A DNA stretch of 63,958 nucleotides, filler included, from Vicugna vicugna (GCA_013265495.1; 78 parts of 76 records of this genome joined end to end with filler, not necessarily neighbours in it); one strand, 5' to 3'; counted from the first letter of the whole stretch, positions 1 through 12,416 are shown. The notes: generated from the letters alone by a model not told the origin. Numbers and translations: made by a program.

Positions 1-429
1 TTGAGAGACATTTCATGACGAATTTTGTTCCACGGTGCTAGGATGTCTCATTCCTACTTAAGGTGAAGAATTTTCTGAGCTGCCATTCAAGGTGTTAGGT
101 TTTTTATCAGGCCCTGTTGATACTAAAAGTTCTCTGGATCGCCTGTCTTACTAGTCTATTATGATCCAGGAAATGTTTACCTTCGTTGCTAATTCCCATA
201 CCTAGAATCACAATATTACAATTATTTTATGCAGGGTTATAAATTTTATCTATTTCTTCAAGATGTTTAGCCATCATCAATCTTGTAGGCCTAGTTACAC
301 ATTGGGAAATGTAACAGACAACAATTTTATAAAATAGACAGGATATAAGNNNNNNNNNNNNNNNNNNNNNGTTAATGAAGTCACGAGTAAGAATTTAATA
401 GTTGAGAAGCTATATTTTTGGGTTAAAAT

Positions 430-529
430 NNNNNNNNNNNNNNNNNNNNNNNNNNNNNNNNNNNNNNNNNNNNTTAATTAATTAANNNNNNNNNNNNNNN
501 NNNNNNNNNNNNNNNNNNNNNNNNNNNNN
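430..529. other. Artificial contig-joining spacer (N44-TTAATTAATTAA-N44); first of about 77 copies, last 12-mer at ~63852
   Basis: Identical palindromic 12-mer, giving stops in all six frames, always flanked by 44 N per side; sequences either side are unrelated. Confidence 0.98.
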
Positions 530-1041
530 ATGAGAATGCTTAATCATCCGATCATGTTGGGTAAAGCAATTTAAGGCAACGAAGTCTACAACTCCATGAT
601 ATAGTGCCCCCGGGGGCTTGAATCAAGTGAAAGATGGTCCACATAAGCTGTGTCTTTAATGTCATTGGCGACTTTTACGGTTCAGTTCACTATCTGAACT
701 TATACTATTTACCTATACTGTCTTGAAAAACTGAGGCCTAATACATATACAAGTTCAGTCAAAGATTCCCCACACTCCCTTCACCCCAGAGAAGACATAA
801 ACCCAGCATTTGCTGAATCTAGCGGAAGGCAATCGTTTCTTTGTGTGAGCTAAGTATTGAATTCGTATCTATTTCAGTCGAGACCCTTTGACCTTTAGGA
901 ATTCACTGTTGTTCACAGAGTGTGAAGCTGGAGGAACTCTGNNNNNNNNNNNNNNNNNNNNNNNNNNNNNNNNNNNNNNNNNNNNTTAATTAATTAANNN
1001 NNNNNNNNNNNNNNNNNNNNNNNNNNNNNNNNNNNNNNNNN

Positions 1042-1819
1042 GGAATCCTGAGCGTGGGGAGGTTCCATCAACGGTCGGCAGAGCGTTGGATCTAACGGAA
1101 GGCCTAAGCTCGTCTCCTCTGAGTGTTTTCCTAATGTCTGTGTGCCATGGAATGTTAAGGGGTTTTGCCGGATATCCCAGTGATATACGCTGCCTCCCCA
1201 AGGTCAGGGAATGTATTTCCCGGACTTCCCCCAACAGGGAACTCCTGTGACTGAAGAGAACTGCGTGGAGTTGTCTCTCGAGCTCCCCCACGCACTGACA
1301 ATGGTTCCGGAATCCTGAGCGTGGGGAGGTTCCACCAACGGTCGGCANNNNNNNNNNNNNNNNNNNNNNNNNNNNNNNNNNNNNNNNNNNNNNNNNNNNN
1401 NNNNNNNNNNNNNNNNNNNNNNNNNNNNNNNNNNNNNNNNNNNNNNNNNNNNNNNNNNNNNNNNNNNNNNNNNNNNNNNNNNNNNNNNNNNNNNNNNNNN
1501 NNNNNNNNNNNNNNNNNNNNNNNNNNNNNNNNNNNNNNNNNNNNNNNNNNNNNNNNNNNNNNNNNNNNNNNNNNNNNNNNNNNNNNNNNNNNNNNNNNNN
1601 ACGGTCGTCAGCGCGTGGGTTCTAACGGAATGCCTAAGCTCGTCTCCCCTGAGGGTTTTCCTAATGTCTCTGTGCCAGGGAATGCTAGGGGGGTTTGCAG
1701 GATATCCCAGTGACATACGCTGCCTCCCCAAGTTCAGGGAGAAAGTATTTCCCGGAATTCCCCGAACAGGGACTTCCTGTGAATGAATAGAGCTGCGTGG
1801 AGTTGTCTCTCGAGCTCCC
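1042..1819. repeat. Satellite A (GC/CpG-rich, ~267-bp monomer)
   Basis: GGAATCCTGAGCGTGGGG at 1042 and 1309 (period 267); the same monomer resumes after the gap. Confidence 0.93.
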
Positions 1820-2736
1820 NNNNNNNNNNNNNNNNNNNNNNNNNNNNNNNNNNNNNNNNNNNNTTAATTAATTAANNNNNNNNNNNNNNNNNNNNNNNNN
1901 NNNNNNNNNNNNNNNNNNNAGAGACCCACTACAGGAGACTTATGTTCCTGTAATATCCGTACACTCAGAATCCATATCCATCGGTTGATTTCTGCTGAAA
2001 CACCCGCACTCTCGGGACATGGATCCATTGGTTTCATGGGGGCTGAAATTCCTAGAAATGAAACCAATCCCAATGTGCACTTCACTGTCTGTCTCTTTGG
2101 CTCTTTGTACACTTATGCAGAGCTACTTGTCTTTGTTATAGGCTTATGTAATTTCTTCTCTACGTAGGGTAGAATATGGCATTCATTCATCCTTTTGGAA
2201 GACTTGCAAGGCTTTATCACGGACTAGGAATCCATTTGATTCCAAATCGGCATTTGGGTTAGGTCAAGATTTGCTCTTATGGATCAATATTTACGAATAT
2301 AAATGCAGGCCTCTGAATTCCGAATACAAGTGTGCTGAGTACATGCAAGCCGCGATACTGGGTCGATGCGTGCTGAATGATCCTTGACATCACCTTGAGT
2401 ATTTTCTTTTGAATAATCATGTTTCCCATGGTATATGNNNNNNNNNNNNNNNNNNNNNNNNNNNNNNNNNNATTCTTTGTTTGTCTGCTTCTCGTTTGTT
2501 CTGCAAACACATCAGGCCATGCATCTCTCCGTTCGCTTCAAACAGAGAGTCATATTAGCTGATTCACTTTAGATAGTGCTTCCAATCACATTTGATTTCC
2601 TGCTTCCCTCTCCCATCTTTAGGTTTTTGATGTCCTCNNNNNNNNNNNNNNNNNNNNNNNNNNNNNNNNNNNNNNNNNNNNTTAATTAATTAANNNNNNN
2701 NNNNNNNNNNNNNNNNNNNNNNNNNNNNNNNNNNNN

Positions 2737-2940
2737 NAGCAGAGATTCAGTTATAAACATATGCATATATATATATACATATGTTTTAGATTTTAGTATA
2801 ACTCATTACAAGTAATTGAATATAGCTCCCTGTGCTATATAGTAGGTCCTTGTCATTTATTTTATATTTATTAATGTGTATCTGTTAATCCTCCCATTCC
2901 TGCCTGCTAACCACAGTTTGCTTTCTATGTCCATGAGTCC
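2737..2940 (-). mobile_element. LINE-1 3' UTR end fragment
   Basis: 'ttgaatatagctccctgtgctatatagtaggtccttg' resembles the reverse of a laurasiatherian L1 3' end; compare 7606-7698. Confidence 0.7.
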
Positions 2941-3729
2941 ATTTCAGGGAGCACCGTTTTTCCTAGTAATATATGCTCTTTGGCTGCTTTCAGTTTCAGT
3001 AATTCCATCTTATCTGTGGGCACTTTTCTTCTGGTGGACTTTATGTGGTTTGCACATGTGGTAATAGAGATCTGTATTTGGGAGAACTCCAGGCCTCGTG
3101 TCGTCCCTGGTANNNNNNNNNNNNNNNNNNNNNNNNNNNNNNNNNNNNNNNNNNNNNNNNNNNNNNNNNNNNNNNNNNNNNNNNNNNNNNNNNNNNNNNN
3201 NNNNNNNNNNNNNNNNNNNNNNNNNNNNNNNNNNNNNNNNNNNNNNNNNNNNNNNNNNNNNNNNNNNNNNNNNNNNNNNNNNNNNNNNNNNNNNNNNNNN
3301 NNNNNNNNNNNNNNNNNNNNNNNNNNNNNNNNNNNNNNNNNNNNNNNNNNNNNNNNNNNNNNNNNNNNNNNNNNNNNNNNNNNNNNNNNNNNNNNNNNNN
3401 NNNNNNNNNNNNNTCTCTTCTCACGTTTCTTTCTCTGCACAATGATGGCTTAGACTAGATTAAGTGCTTTCAGTTTCTTTTAAAGCCATGGTCCCTTTGA
3501 GAAATGGAAAATGCAAATCTCTCCTCTCAACACAACCCTTTAGACTTTGATAACTTCTCCAAGGGGTGACATAGCTCTTTGTGGAAAATTGATGTGATTT
3601 TGATTCCAGGTGGCACAGAAAAGACTTCANNNNNNNNNNNNNNNNNNNNNNNNNNNNNNNNNNNNNNNNNNNNTTAATTAATTAANNNNNNNNNNNNNNN
3701 NNNNNNNNNNNNNNNNNNNNNNNNNNNNN

Positions 3730-4571
3730 ACCACACAAGGTTGGGTTCCAGTGTCCTGAGGGTGGGGTAGCTCTTCCAACTGACATCAGCATCTTGGTTT
3801 TAATACAATCCCTTTGCTTCACTTCCCTGATGGTTTGTCTAGGCCAGTGTGTGGTTGAAAGTGGGATTTGGAGTCTAAAACTAAGTATTAGCGTGTGCCA
3901 CTCCATGGGTTGTGGAGATGTTTAAACTACAACCCACAACTTGGGAATTACTGTGACCCCTGAAAAATGCATGTGCTATGTTTCCCCACGTCCTGCACAC
4001 ACAGGAAGAAGTGTTCTGGGGTTCTGAGTGTGGGGAGGTTCCTCCAACAGACAGCAGCACCTGGATTTTAATTGAATCCCTTAGCTTGTCTTCCCTAAGT
4101 GTTTTCCTAGGCCTAGCAGTAAGCGATGGTGGGGGATGGGCTCTAAAGCCATGTATTAGCGAGTGCAACTCTGTAGGTAGTGGAGGGTTTTAAACTACTT
4201 CCCCAAACTTGGAACACCTGTGCCACATACAGATGCGTGGAATCTGTTTCACCACCTCCTGCAGTCACACGGAGTCGTGATCAGGTATCCTGATAGTGGG
4301 GAAGCTCCTCCAAATGACAGCAGCGCCTGGGTTCTAATAGAATCCCTTAGCTTGTCTTCCCTGATGGCATGCCTATGGTGGAGAATGGGGGAAACTGTGG
4401 AGTTACTGTGGGTTGGGCTCTAAACCATGTATTAGAGAGAGCCTATCCATGGGATGTGGGTTTTTAACCTACAACCTACAACCATGGAATAAATGTGCCC
4501 CCTGAATGATGCTTTGACTTTTTCCTTACATCCAGCACACACGCGAAGAAGTTTTCTGGTATTCTGAGTGT
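3730..4571. repeat. Satellite B (diverged ~265-275-bp monomers, related to A)
   Basis: Core (c/t)CTGA..GTGGGG....CCTCCAA..GACAGCAGC recurs at ~3755, ~4024, ~4289, ~4563 with divergent monomers. Confidence 0.9.
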
Positions 4572-5012
4572 NNNNNNNNNNNNNNNNNNNNNNNNNNNNN
4601 NNNNNNNNNNNNNNNTTAATTAATTAANNNNNNNNNNNNNNNNNNNNNNNNNNNNNNNNNNNNNNNNNNNNAATTGGTCTAGATGTACTGAAGAATGGTG
4701 GGTGAAAAGGACTGAATCTAAGCATCTAGTTACATTTCTAAGATTGTATGAAAACAAAGAGGATAAAAGCTCTCCTTCCTTTCCCTTCCTTCCCCACCCA
4801 TCCTCCAACTCCTGAACACAGATAAGCAAACCAGACCTCCTCTGAAGAAGCCTGGTGCTCACCATGATCACATTGTCAAACCATGGGAAGATGTTACTCC
4901 TTGCTAACCACANNNNNNNNNNNNNNNNNNNNNNNNNNNNNNNNNNNNNNNNNNNNTTAATTAATTAANNNNNNNNNNNNNNNNNNNNNNNNNNNNNNNN
5001 NNNNNNNNNNNN

Positions 5013-5474
5013 GATCCTCCCCACACTAAGGATACCAGAAAACTTCGTGTGTGTGCTCGAGGTGGGGAAACAAATCACACGCATTTTTCAGGGAGCACAG
5101 TAATTCCAAGGTTGTGGGTTTTAGGTTAAACATCTCCACTTCCCATGGAGAGGCACACACTGATTCTTGATATTAGAGCCCAAATCCAACTTTCAACCAC
5201 ACTCTGGCTTAGGCAAACCATCAGGGAAGACAAGCAAAATGATTCTATTAAAACCAAGAAGCTGATGTCACTTGGAGGTACTACCCCACACTCAGGATTA
5301 TGTGGTGGGGAGGTGTGGAGCCCCACTCCACGCAAATGAATGGGTTCTCAGGTGTTTCCCTTTAGGGAGAATTCCTCTAAGAACTTCTCAGTCCATCGGG
5401 TGGTAGTCGCTGCTATTAGGCCTCAAAGCCCTACCCCCAGCTTTCCCTCATGCCCAGGACTAAGGAAACTCTCA
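5013..5474. repeat. Satellite B, opposite orientation
   Basis: Reverse complement matches monomers of 3730-4571 and 35951-36879. Confidence 0.88.
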
Positions 5475-5574
5475 NNNNNNNNNNNNNNNNNNNNNNNNNN
5501 NNNNNNNNNNNNNNNNNNTTAATTAATTAANNNNNNNNNNNNNNNNNNNNNNNNNNNNNNNNNNNNNNNNNNNN

Positions 5575-5776
5575 CTGGAGAGGCTGTGGAGAAAAAGGAA
5601 CCCTCTTGCACTGCTGGTGAAAGTGTAAATTAGTGCGGCCACTGTGGAGGACAGTTCCTTAAAAAGCTAAAAATAGACTTACCATGTGATCCAGCAATCC
5701 TACTCCTGGGCATACACCTGGAGAAAAATACAATTCAAAAAGACACGTGCACCCCAGTGTTCACAGCAGCACTATT
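5575..5776 (+). mobile_element. LINE-1 ORF2 C-terminal fragment
   Basis: Colinear with 33304-33515 (gaggctgtggagaaa...gacttaccatgtgatccagcaatcc...cagcactatt). Confidence 0.92.
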
Positions 5777-6870
5777 NNNNNNNNNNNNNNNNNNNNNNNN
5801 NNNNNNNNNNNNNNNNNNNNTTAATTAATTAANNNNNNNNNNNNNNNNNNNNNNNNNNNNNNNNNNNNNNNNNNNNCTCAGGGCAATTCTAAGCTGTTTT
5901 AACTGAGGAATGGATAGGAAAGGGCTGGTGACTCCTGGCTTTTAATAAGGCACAGGTTACCCTAGGATGCTAAGTCACATAATGATTGGAACACATAAGG
6001 TAAGGCCAAAGTGCTGGAGGGTCGAGACTACCTGGCTGAGATCTGGTTGTGGTAAGTCTTTGACTTGACTCTAGATGTTGGAGCGTCAAAACTGTAGGTT
6101 GACTGAAANNNNNNNNNNNNNNNNNNNNNNNNNNNNNNNNNNNNNNNNNNNNNNNNNNNNNNNNNNNNNNNNNNNNNNNNNNNNNNNNNNNNNNNNNNNN
6201 NNNNNNNNNNNNNNNNNNNNNNNNNNNNNNNNNNNNNNNNNNNNNNNNNNNNNNNNNNNNNNNNNNNNNNNNNNNNNNNNNNNNNNNNNNNNNNNNNNNN
6301 NNNNNNNNNNNNNNNNNNNNNNNNNNNNNNNNNNNNNNNNNNNNNNNNNNNNNNNNNNNNNNNNNNNNNNNNNNNNNNNNNNNNNNNNNNNNNNNNNNNN
6401 NNNNNNNNNNNNNNNNNNNNNNNNNNNNNNNNNNNNNNNNNNNNNNNNNNNNNNNNNNNNNNNNNNNNNNNNNNNNNNNNNNNNNNNNNNNNNNNNNNNN
6501 NNNNNNNNNNNNNNNNNNNNNNNNNNNNNNNNNNNNNNNNNNNNNNNNNNNNNNNNNNNNNNNNNNNNNNNNNNNNNNNNNNNNNNNNNNNNNNNNNNNN
6601 NNNNNNNNNNNNNNNNNNNNNNNNNNNNNNNNNNNNNNNNNNNNNNNNNNNNNNNNNNNNNNNNNNNNNNNNNNNNNNNNNNNNNNNNNNNNNNNNNNNN
6701 NNNNNNNNNNNNNNNNNNNNNNNNNNNNNNNNNNNNNNNNNNNNNNNNNNNNNNNNNNNNNNNNNNNNNNNNNNNNNNNNNNNNNNNNNNNNNNNNNNNN
6801 NNNNNNNNNNNNNNNNNNNNNNNNNNNNNNNNNNNNNNNNNNNNNNNNNNNNNNNNNNNNNNNNNNNNNN

Positions 6871-7020
6871 NATGCAAATCAAAACTACAATGAGGTAACA
6901 GCTCACACCAGTCAGAATAACCATCACTGAGAATTTCATGAATGATAAATGCTAGAGAGGCTGAAGAGGGTAGGATACCCTCTTATACTGCTGGTGGGAA
7001 TCCAGTTTGGTGTAGTCATT
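6871..7020 (+). mobile_element. LINE-1 ORF2 C-terminal fragment
   Basis: atgcaaatcaaaactacaatgagg... encodes the MQIKTTMR motif; matches 33224-33372. Confidence 0.92.
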
Positions 7021-7120
7021 NNNNNNNNNNNNNNNNNNNNNNNNNNNNNNNNNNNNNNNNNNNNTTAATTAATTAANNNNNNNNNNNNNNNNNNNNNNNN
7101 NNNNNNNNNNNNNNNNNNNN

Positions 7121-7698
7121 GGAAAACAGTATGGAGATTTCTCAAAAAACTAAAAATAGACTTACAATATGATTCAATATTCAACTCCTGAGCATATATC
7201 CAGAAGGAACCTTAATTCAAAAAGATACGTGCACCTCAATGTGCATAGCAGCACTATTTACAATAGCTGAGATATGGAAACGACCTAAATGTCCATGGAC
7301 AGATGCCTGGATAAAGAAGTTGTAGCATATTTATACAATGGAATACAACTCAGCCATAAAAAAGAATAAAATGATGCCATTTGCAGCAACATGGATGGAC
7401 CTGGAGATTGTCATTCTAAGTAAGCCAGAAAGAGAAAGAAAAATACCGTATGGTATCACTTGTATGTGGAATCTAAAAAAAAAAGACAAATGAACTTATT
7501 TACAAAACAGGAACAGACTCCCAGTCATAGAAANNNNNNNNNNNNNNNNNNNNNNNNNNNNNNNNNNNNNNNNNNNNNNNNNNNNNNNNNNNNNNNNNNN
7601 NNNNNAATAGATAAAAGTCCATACTGTATAGCACAGGAAACTACATTCAATATCTTGTAGTAACTTATAGTGAAAAATATGAAAATGAATATATGTAT
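7121..7698 (+). mobile_element. LINE-1 ORF2 end and 3' UTR
   Basis: Typical L1 text: cagcactatttacaatagc, ctcagccataaaaaagaat, gccatttgcagcaacatggatggacctggag, then 3' UTR. Confidence 0.93.
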
Positions 7699-7798
7699 NN
7701 NNNNNNNNNNNNNNNNNNNNNNNNNNNNNNNNNNNNNNNNNNTTAATTAATTAANNNNNNNNNNNNNNNNNNNNNNNNNNNNNNNNNNNNNNNNNNNN

Positions 7799-8530
7799 TT
7801 ATTTAAATATTTCTCTGTGCTGTAAATATAGCCCTGTTGGTTCACTAATTTACTACTAGTAACTTACAAATTTCTGTCTTCTCCATCCTTCTTCTCTTTC
7901 CCCACAGGAAACCACTACTTGGAACAGTACACATATCTATGTGATTCTTTTCGTGTTTTTTTATGATTATTTCTCTTATATCTTAATTTTCCCCATTTAA
8001 GTGACAACATAGAGTGTTTTCCTCTCTATGGCTTATTTTCCTATGTGCAACGCTCTCTTGGTCCAGTCACATTTTTCCAAATGGCAGAAGTTTATTTTTT
8101 AATTTGACAATGATGAAGTATTTATTATTTTATCTATATCTCACATCTACTTCTGCAAATCATCTGTTGATGGCAGTTGAGATGTTCATATATCCTTGGG
8201 TAATATAAATGATGATGTTAAGAATATTGGGGGTAATGTATCCTTTAAAGTTAATGTTTTCATTTTTTTTTGAGGTTTATAGATAAAACTGGAATTCCTG
8301 CAGCATACAATGCTTCTATTTCTAGTTTTCTGAGCACTGTCCACACTTTTATAATAGTGGATTCATCAATTTATATTTTCACCAACAGTGTACCTGGTTT
8401 CCCTTTACGTACCTGGTTTCCATTTTATCGACATTCTTATCAATATTGGTCATTTGCAGACTTTTTGTTAACAGCCATTTTGATAGCTGTGAGATTATAT
8501 TTCATTCTGGTTTTGATTAATGATTTCCTA
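7799..8530 (-). mobile_element. Decayed LINE-1 ORF2 end / 3' UTR; paralogue of 62329-63168
   Basis: Reverse L1 motifs (ttctatttctagttttctgagcactgtccacac, gccattttgatagctgtgag). Confidence 0.8.
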
Positions 8531-8630
8531 NNNNNNNNNNNNNNNNNNNNNNNNNNNNNNNNNNNNNNNNNNNNTTAATTAATTAANNNNNNNNNNNNNN
8601 NNNNNNNNNNNNNNNNNNNNNNNNNNNNNN

Positions 8631-9536
8631 TAAAAATTATATGGTCACCTCAAAAGTGTCATAAAATGTTTTGACTAATTCAGTATCTATTTATTATTAC
8701 ATTTCTACTCAAAGTGGGCATGAGGAAACATACCTCAACACAGTTAAGTTCATAAATGACAAAAACTCAGCTAACATGACGCTCAATGATTAAAAGCAAA
8801 AATCATCTCTTGTAAGAGCAGGAAGAAGACAAGAATGCTCACTCTTACCACTGTTATTCAGTGTAGTATTGGAAATTCAAGCCATAGGTTTCCAAAATAA
8901 AAGTAAATAAAATATAGCTATTTCAGAAAGGGAGTAAAAGAATCTGTTTGCAGATGAAATACATTAATCAGAAATCCCAAAGAAGACGCCACAAAACTAC
9001 TAGGGCTTATCAATGCATTTGGTAAAATTTCAGAATGTAAAATTAACATACAGAAATCTTGCATTTCTACACACTAACAGCAAGCTAACAGATAGAGAAA
9101 GAGAGTGAACTGTCTCATTTAGAGTTGCATTCCAAAAAAAAAAAAATAAGAAATCTATCCAACCAAGGAGGTAAAAGACGTGTACTCAGAAAACTATTAA
9201 ATATTTTAAACAGAAATTGAAGATAATGCAAACAGATGAAAGGAAATAATCTGTTCACATTAGAAATTGAATATTGTTTAAATGACAGTACTAGCCAAGA
9301 AAATACACAAATTAAATTCAGGGCCTATCTAATTACAAAAGGCATTTTCAGACACAAAAACTAATTCTTAAATTTACATGTAAACACAAAAGTGTTGAAA
9401 TCATTAAAAAAGAAAAGAAAAGAAAACAAACAAACTAAAAACACAATTTCTTTGACAAAGAACAAAGAGAAAGTATCACTGTCCCTGATTTTAAACTGTA
9501 TTACAAGGCTGCAGTAATGAATATGGTAGTGTAGTG
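8631..9536 (+). mobile_element. Decayed LINE-1 ORF2 (reverse transcriptase region)
   Basis: caggaagaagacaagaatgctcactcttaccactgttattca (TRQGCPLSPLLF-like) and ctgtttgcagatga (LFADD-like); many stops and indels. Confidence 0.88.
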
Positions 9537-9636
9537 NNNNNNNNNNNNNNNNNNNNNNNNNNNNNNNNNNNNNNNNNNNNTTAATTAATTAANNNNNNNN
9601 NNNNNNNNNNNNNNNNNNNNNNNNNNNNNNNNNNNN

Positions 9637-9997
9637 AAAAAAACAGATTTGTAGTTAACAGAGGAAGGAGATGGGAAAGGAAATTTAGATTAATGTACTA
9701 GAAAGATACAACTTCCAGCTGTTAAATAAACGTGTCCAAGGGATGGTACCCATTAACATGATAAATACAATTAATACAGCTTTATGTTATATATGGATGC
9801 TGTTAAGGGAGTAGACCATAAGATTTCTCATCACAACCAAAAGACAAATTGGATTTCTTTAATATTTTATCTGAAAGAGAAAATGAATTCTCCCTAAAGT
9901 TGCTATAATATTTATTTCATGATACATGTAACTAAAATATCTACCCTGTGCACCTAAACTTACACAATGTTTTATGTCAATTTCATCTCAATAAAAG
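9637..9997 (+). mobile_element. Old LINE-1 3' UTR end
   Basis: Ends ...cacctaaacttacacaatgttttatgtcaatttcatctcaataaaa, a typical L1M 3' terminus. Confidence 0.75.
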
Positions 9998-10586
9998 CAG
10001 AAGGAAAAATGGAAAGACAATGGTCATGGTTTCCCATGCCATTTCTCATGATTGTTTTTGCAGCAAGTAATCTTGAGTCATGATAGACTTATCCTAGGTA
10101 AAGATACTAATAAATAAATGATTCTAATAAATAATGCATAAAGATATTAATATAATTAGTGTTTTACCATGTCTTAAATTTTCTTCATGATAACAGCCCA
10201 CTAAATCTATAGGCATCAAAATTTTACTCTGTGTATTCATCTGAGATTAGGGAATGGTTACAAAAGTAACAATGGCTGCTTATGCTGTGAGTGATAAAGT
10301 TCACTGTCTCTGACCAAAGTTCTCATTTCCCCAATAGAAACAGTAAGAAAGGAACATGCTAGGTTGCTAAAAATCTCAGCATGATAAAATCTCAGAACTC
10401 CTTCAATTCTTAACTGTTTTGCAATGGGAATGCAATACTATACAAAGACTTGATTTTGGATAACAATATAGTGTTTTCTCATGGTTNNNNNNNNNNNNNN
10501 NNNNNNNNNNNNNNNNNNNNNNNNNNNNNNTTAATTAATTAANNNNNNNNNNNNNNNNNNNNNNNNNNNNNNNNNNNNNNNNNNNN

Positions 10587-10815
10587 CACAGATTCCTGGA
10601 TCAGATGACAGCGCTCTTGGGATGGCAGTGCCCCACAGAGCGATCCGTATACACAACGTGTTCTCGATCACAATCCCAGCGGGCTCCTCTGCAGTAACTG
10701 ACTAGCTGCTGCTACAATTCATATGGGAATTCGAGGGTCTCAGTAATCAGAACGTACTTGAAAAAGAAGAACAAAGTGAGAGGACTTGTAATTCTCAATT
10801 TCAAACCTTACAACT
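10587..10815 (+). mobile_element. Old LINE-1 ORF2 fragment
   Basis: aattcatatgg...acttgaaaaagaagaacaaagtgagaggactt...tttcaaactta resembles KFIW...LKKKNKVGGL..PDFK. Confidence 0.75.
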
Positions 10816-11422
10816 NNNNNNNNNNNNNNNNNNNNNNNNNNNNNNNNNNNNNNNNNNNNNNNNNNNNNNNNNNNNNNNNNNAATATACCTGTTAGAATAA
10901 GAAAAATAAAAAGTAAGGTATCTTTTAAAACATGCACACCGATCCATTCATTGGGAGAAAATTATTTTAACTATAAAGAGGTAAACAAATATCTAGTGAA
11001 CAAGGACAACTTAAAAACAAGTGTGCATTTACAATTTTCATAAATTGAAAACTGAAAAGCACAAACACATCAAGTTTCTAGGGAGACCGGTGAAATACAT
11101 TAACAGTTATTTTCAAAAATTCTAATTGAACAATGAAAACTCAAAGGGAAAATCCTGATTGACAGCCAACTGCAAACACGTGGATAGTAAAGGCCTAGAA
11201 ATCACAGTTCCTTTAAATCTGCTACTAACTCAAAAGGAGAGGAGATTCCTCAATGATGGGACAGTGGAATCCCTCGAATAAGACAGGATACACAGTACAA
11301 ACGGCACAAGATACGGGGGTGANNNNNNNNNNNNNNNNNNNNNNNNNNNNNNNNNNNNNNNNNNNNTTAATTAATTAANNNNNNNNNNNNNNNNNNNNNN
11401 NNNNNNNNNNNNNNNNNNNNNN

Positions 11423-12416
11423 CTGATGGTTTGCCTATGTTGGAGTGCAGGGGAATGTGGGGTTTCGTCTCTAATGCCAAGCATTAGCCAATGCATCTAC
11501 ATGTGAAGTTGAGAAATTTTAACTACAACCAGCAACGTAGGAATACATGTGCCACCTGAAAGATGCCTGGACTCTGTTTCCCCACCTCCAGCACACAAAC
11601 GAGGAAGTGTTCTTCTATCCTGAATGTGGGGAGTTTCCTCCAANNNNNNNNNNNNNNNNNNNNNNNNNNNNNNNNNNNNNNNNNNNNNNNNNNNNNNNNN
11701 NNNNNNNNNNNNNNNNNNNNNNNNNNNNNNNNNNNNNNNNNNNNNNNNNNNNNNNNNNNNNNNNNNNNNNNNNNNNNNNNNNNNNNNNNNNNNNNNNNNN
11801 NNNNNNNNNNNNNNNNNNNNNNNNNNNNNNNNNNNNNNNNNNNNNNNNNNNNNNNNNNNNNNNNNNNNNNNNNNNNNNNNNNNNNNNNNNNNNNNNNNNN
11901 NNNNNNNNNNNNNNNNNNNNNNNNNNNNNNNNNNNNNNNNNNNNNNNNNNNCCCTGGTCCGGGATGTGAGGGAAAGCTGGGGATTGGGCTTGGAGTCCAC
12001 GTAGCAGTGTGTGCCCCCTGATCGATTGAGGAAGTACTTAGAGGACTTCTCCCTAAAGGGAACATTTTTGCCCCCATTCACCTGGGTGGAGTGGGGCTGC
12101 ACAACTCCCACACATACAGGAATGTGTTCCGGAATCCTGAGTGCAGAGAAGTTCCTCCAACTGACAGCAGCGCCTGGGTTCTAACTGATTCCCATTGCTT
12201 GTCTTCCCTGATGGTATGCCTAGGCGGGAGTGCGGGGGAAAGTGTGGTTTGGGATCCAAACCAAGTATTTGCGAGTACCTCTCTATGGTTAGTGGAGGTT
12301 TTTAAACTACATCCCTAACCTGGGAACACCTGTGCCCCCATATAAATACGTGGAGTCTGTTTCCAGACAAACAGCACACACACGAACACTTGCCCAGTTA
12401 TCCTGAGAGTGGGCAG
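11423..12416. repeat. Satellite B
   Basis: 11423-11643 closely matches 36376-36596; 12207-12416 closely matches 24426-24635. Confidence 0.92.

Noticed and set aside
986..1731. Recurrent peptides (VGGTSPRSGFRNH, VEPPHAQDSGT) as a multicopy gene family
   Set aside because: Chance frames in satellite A; copies carry frameshifts and stops and lack gene structure.
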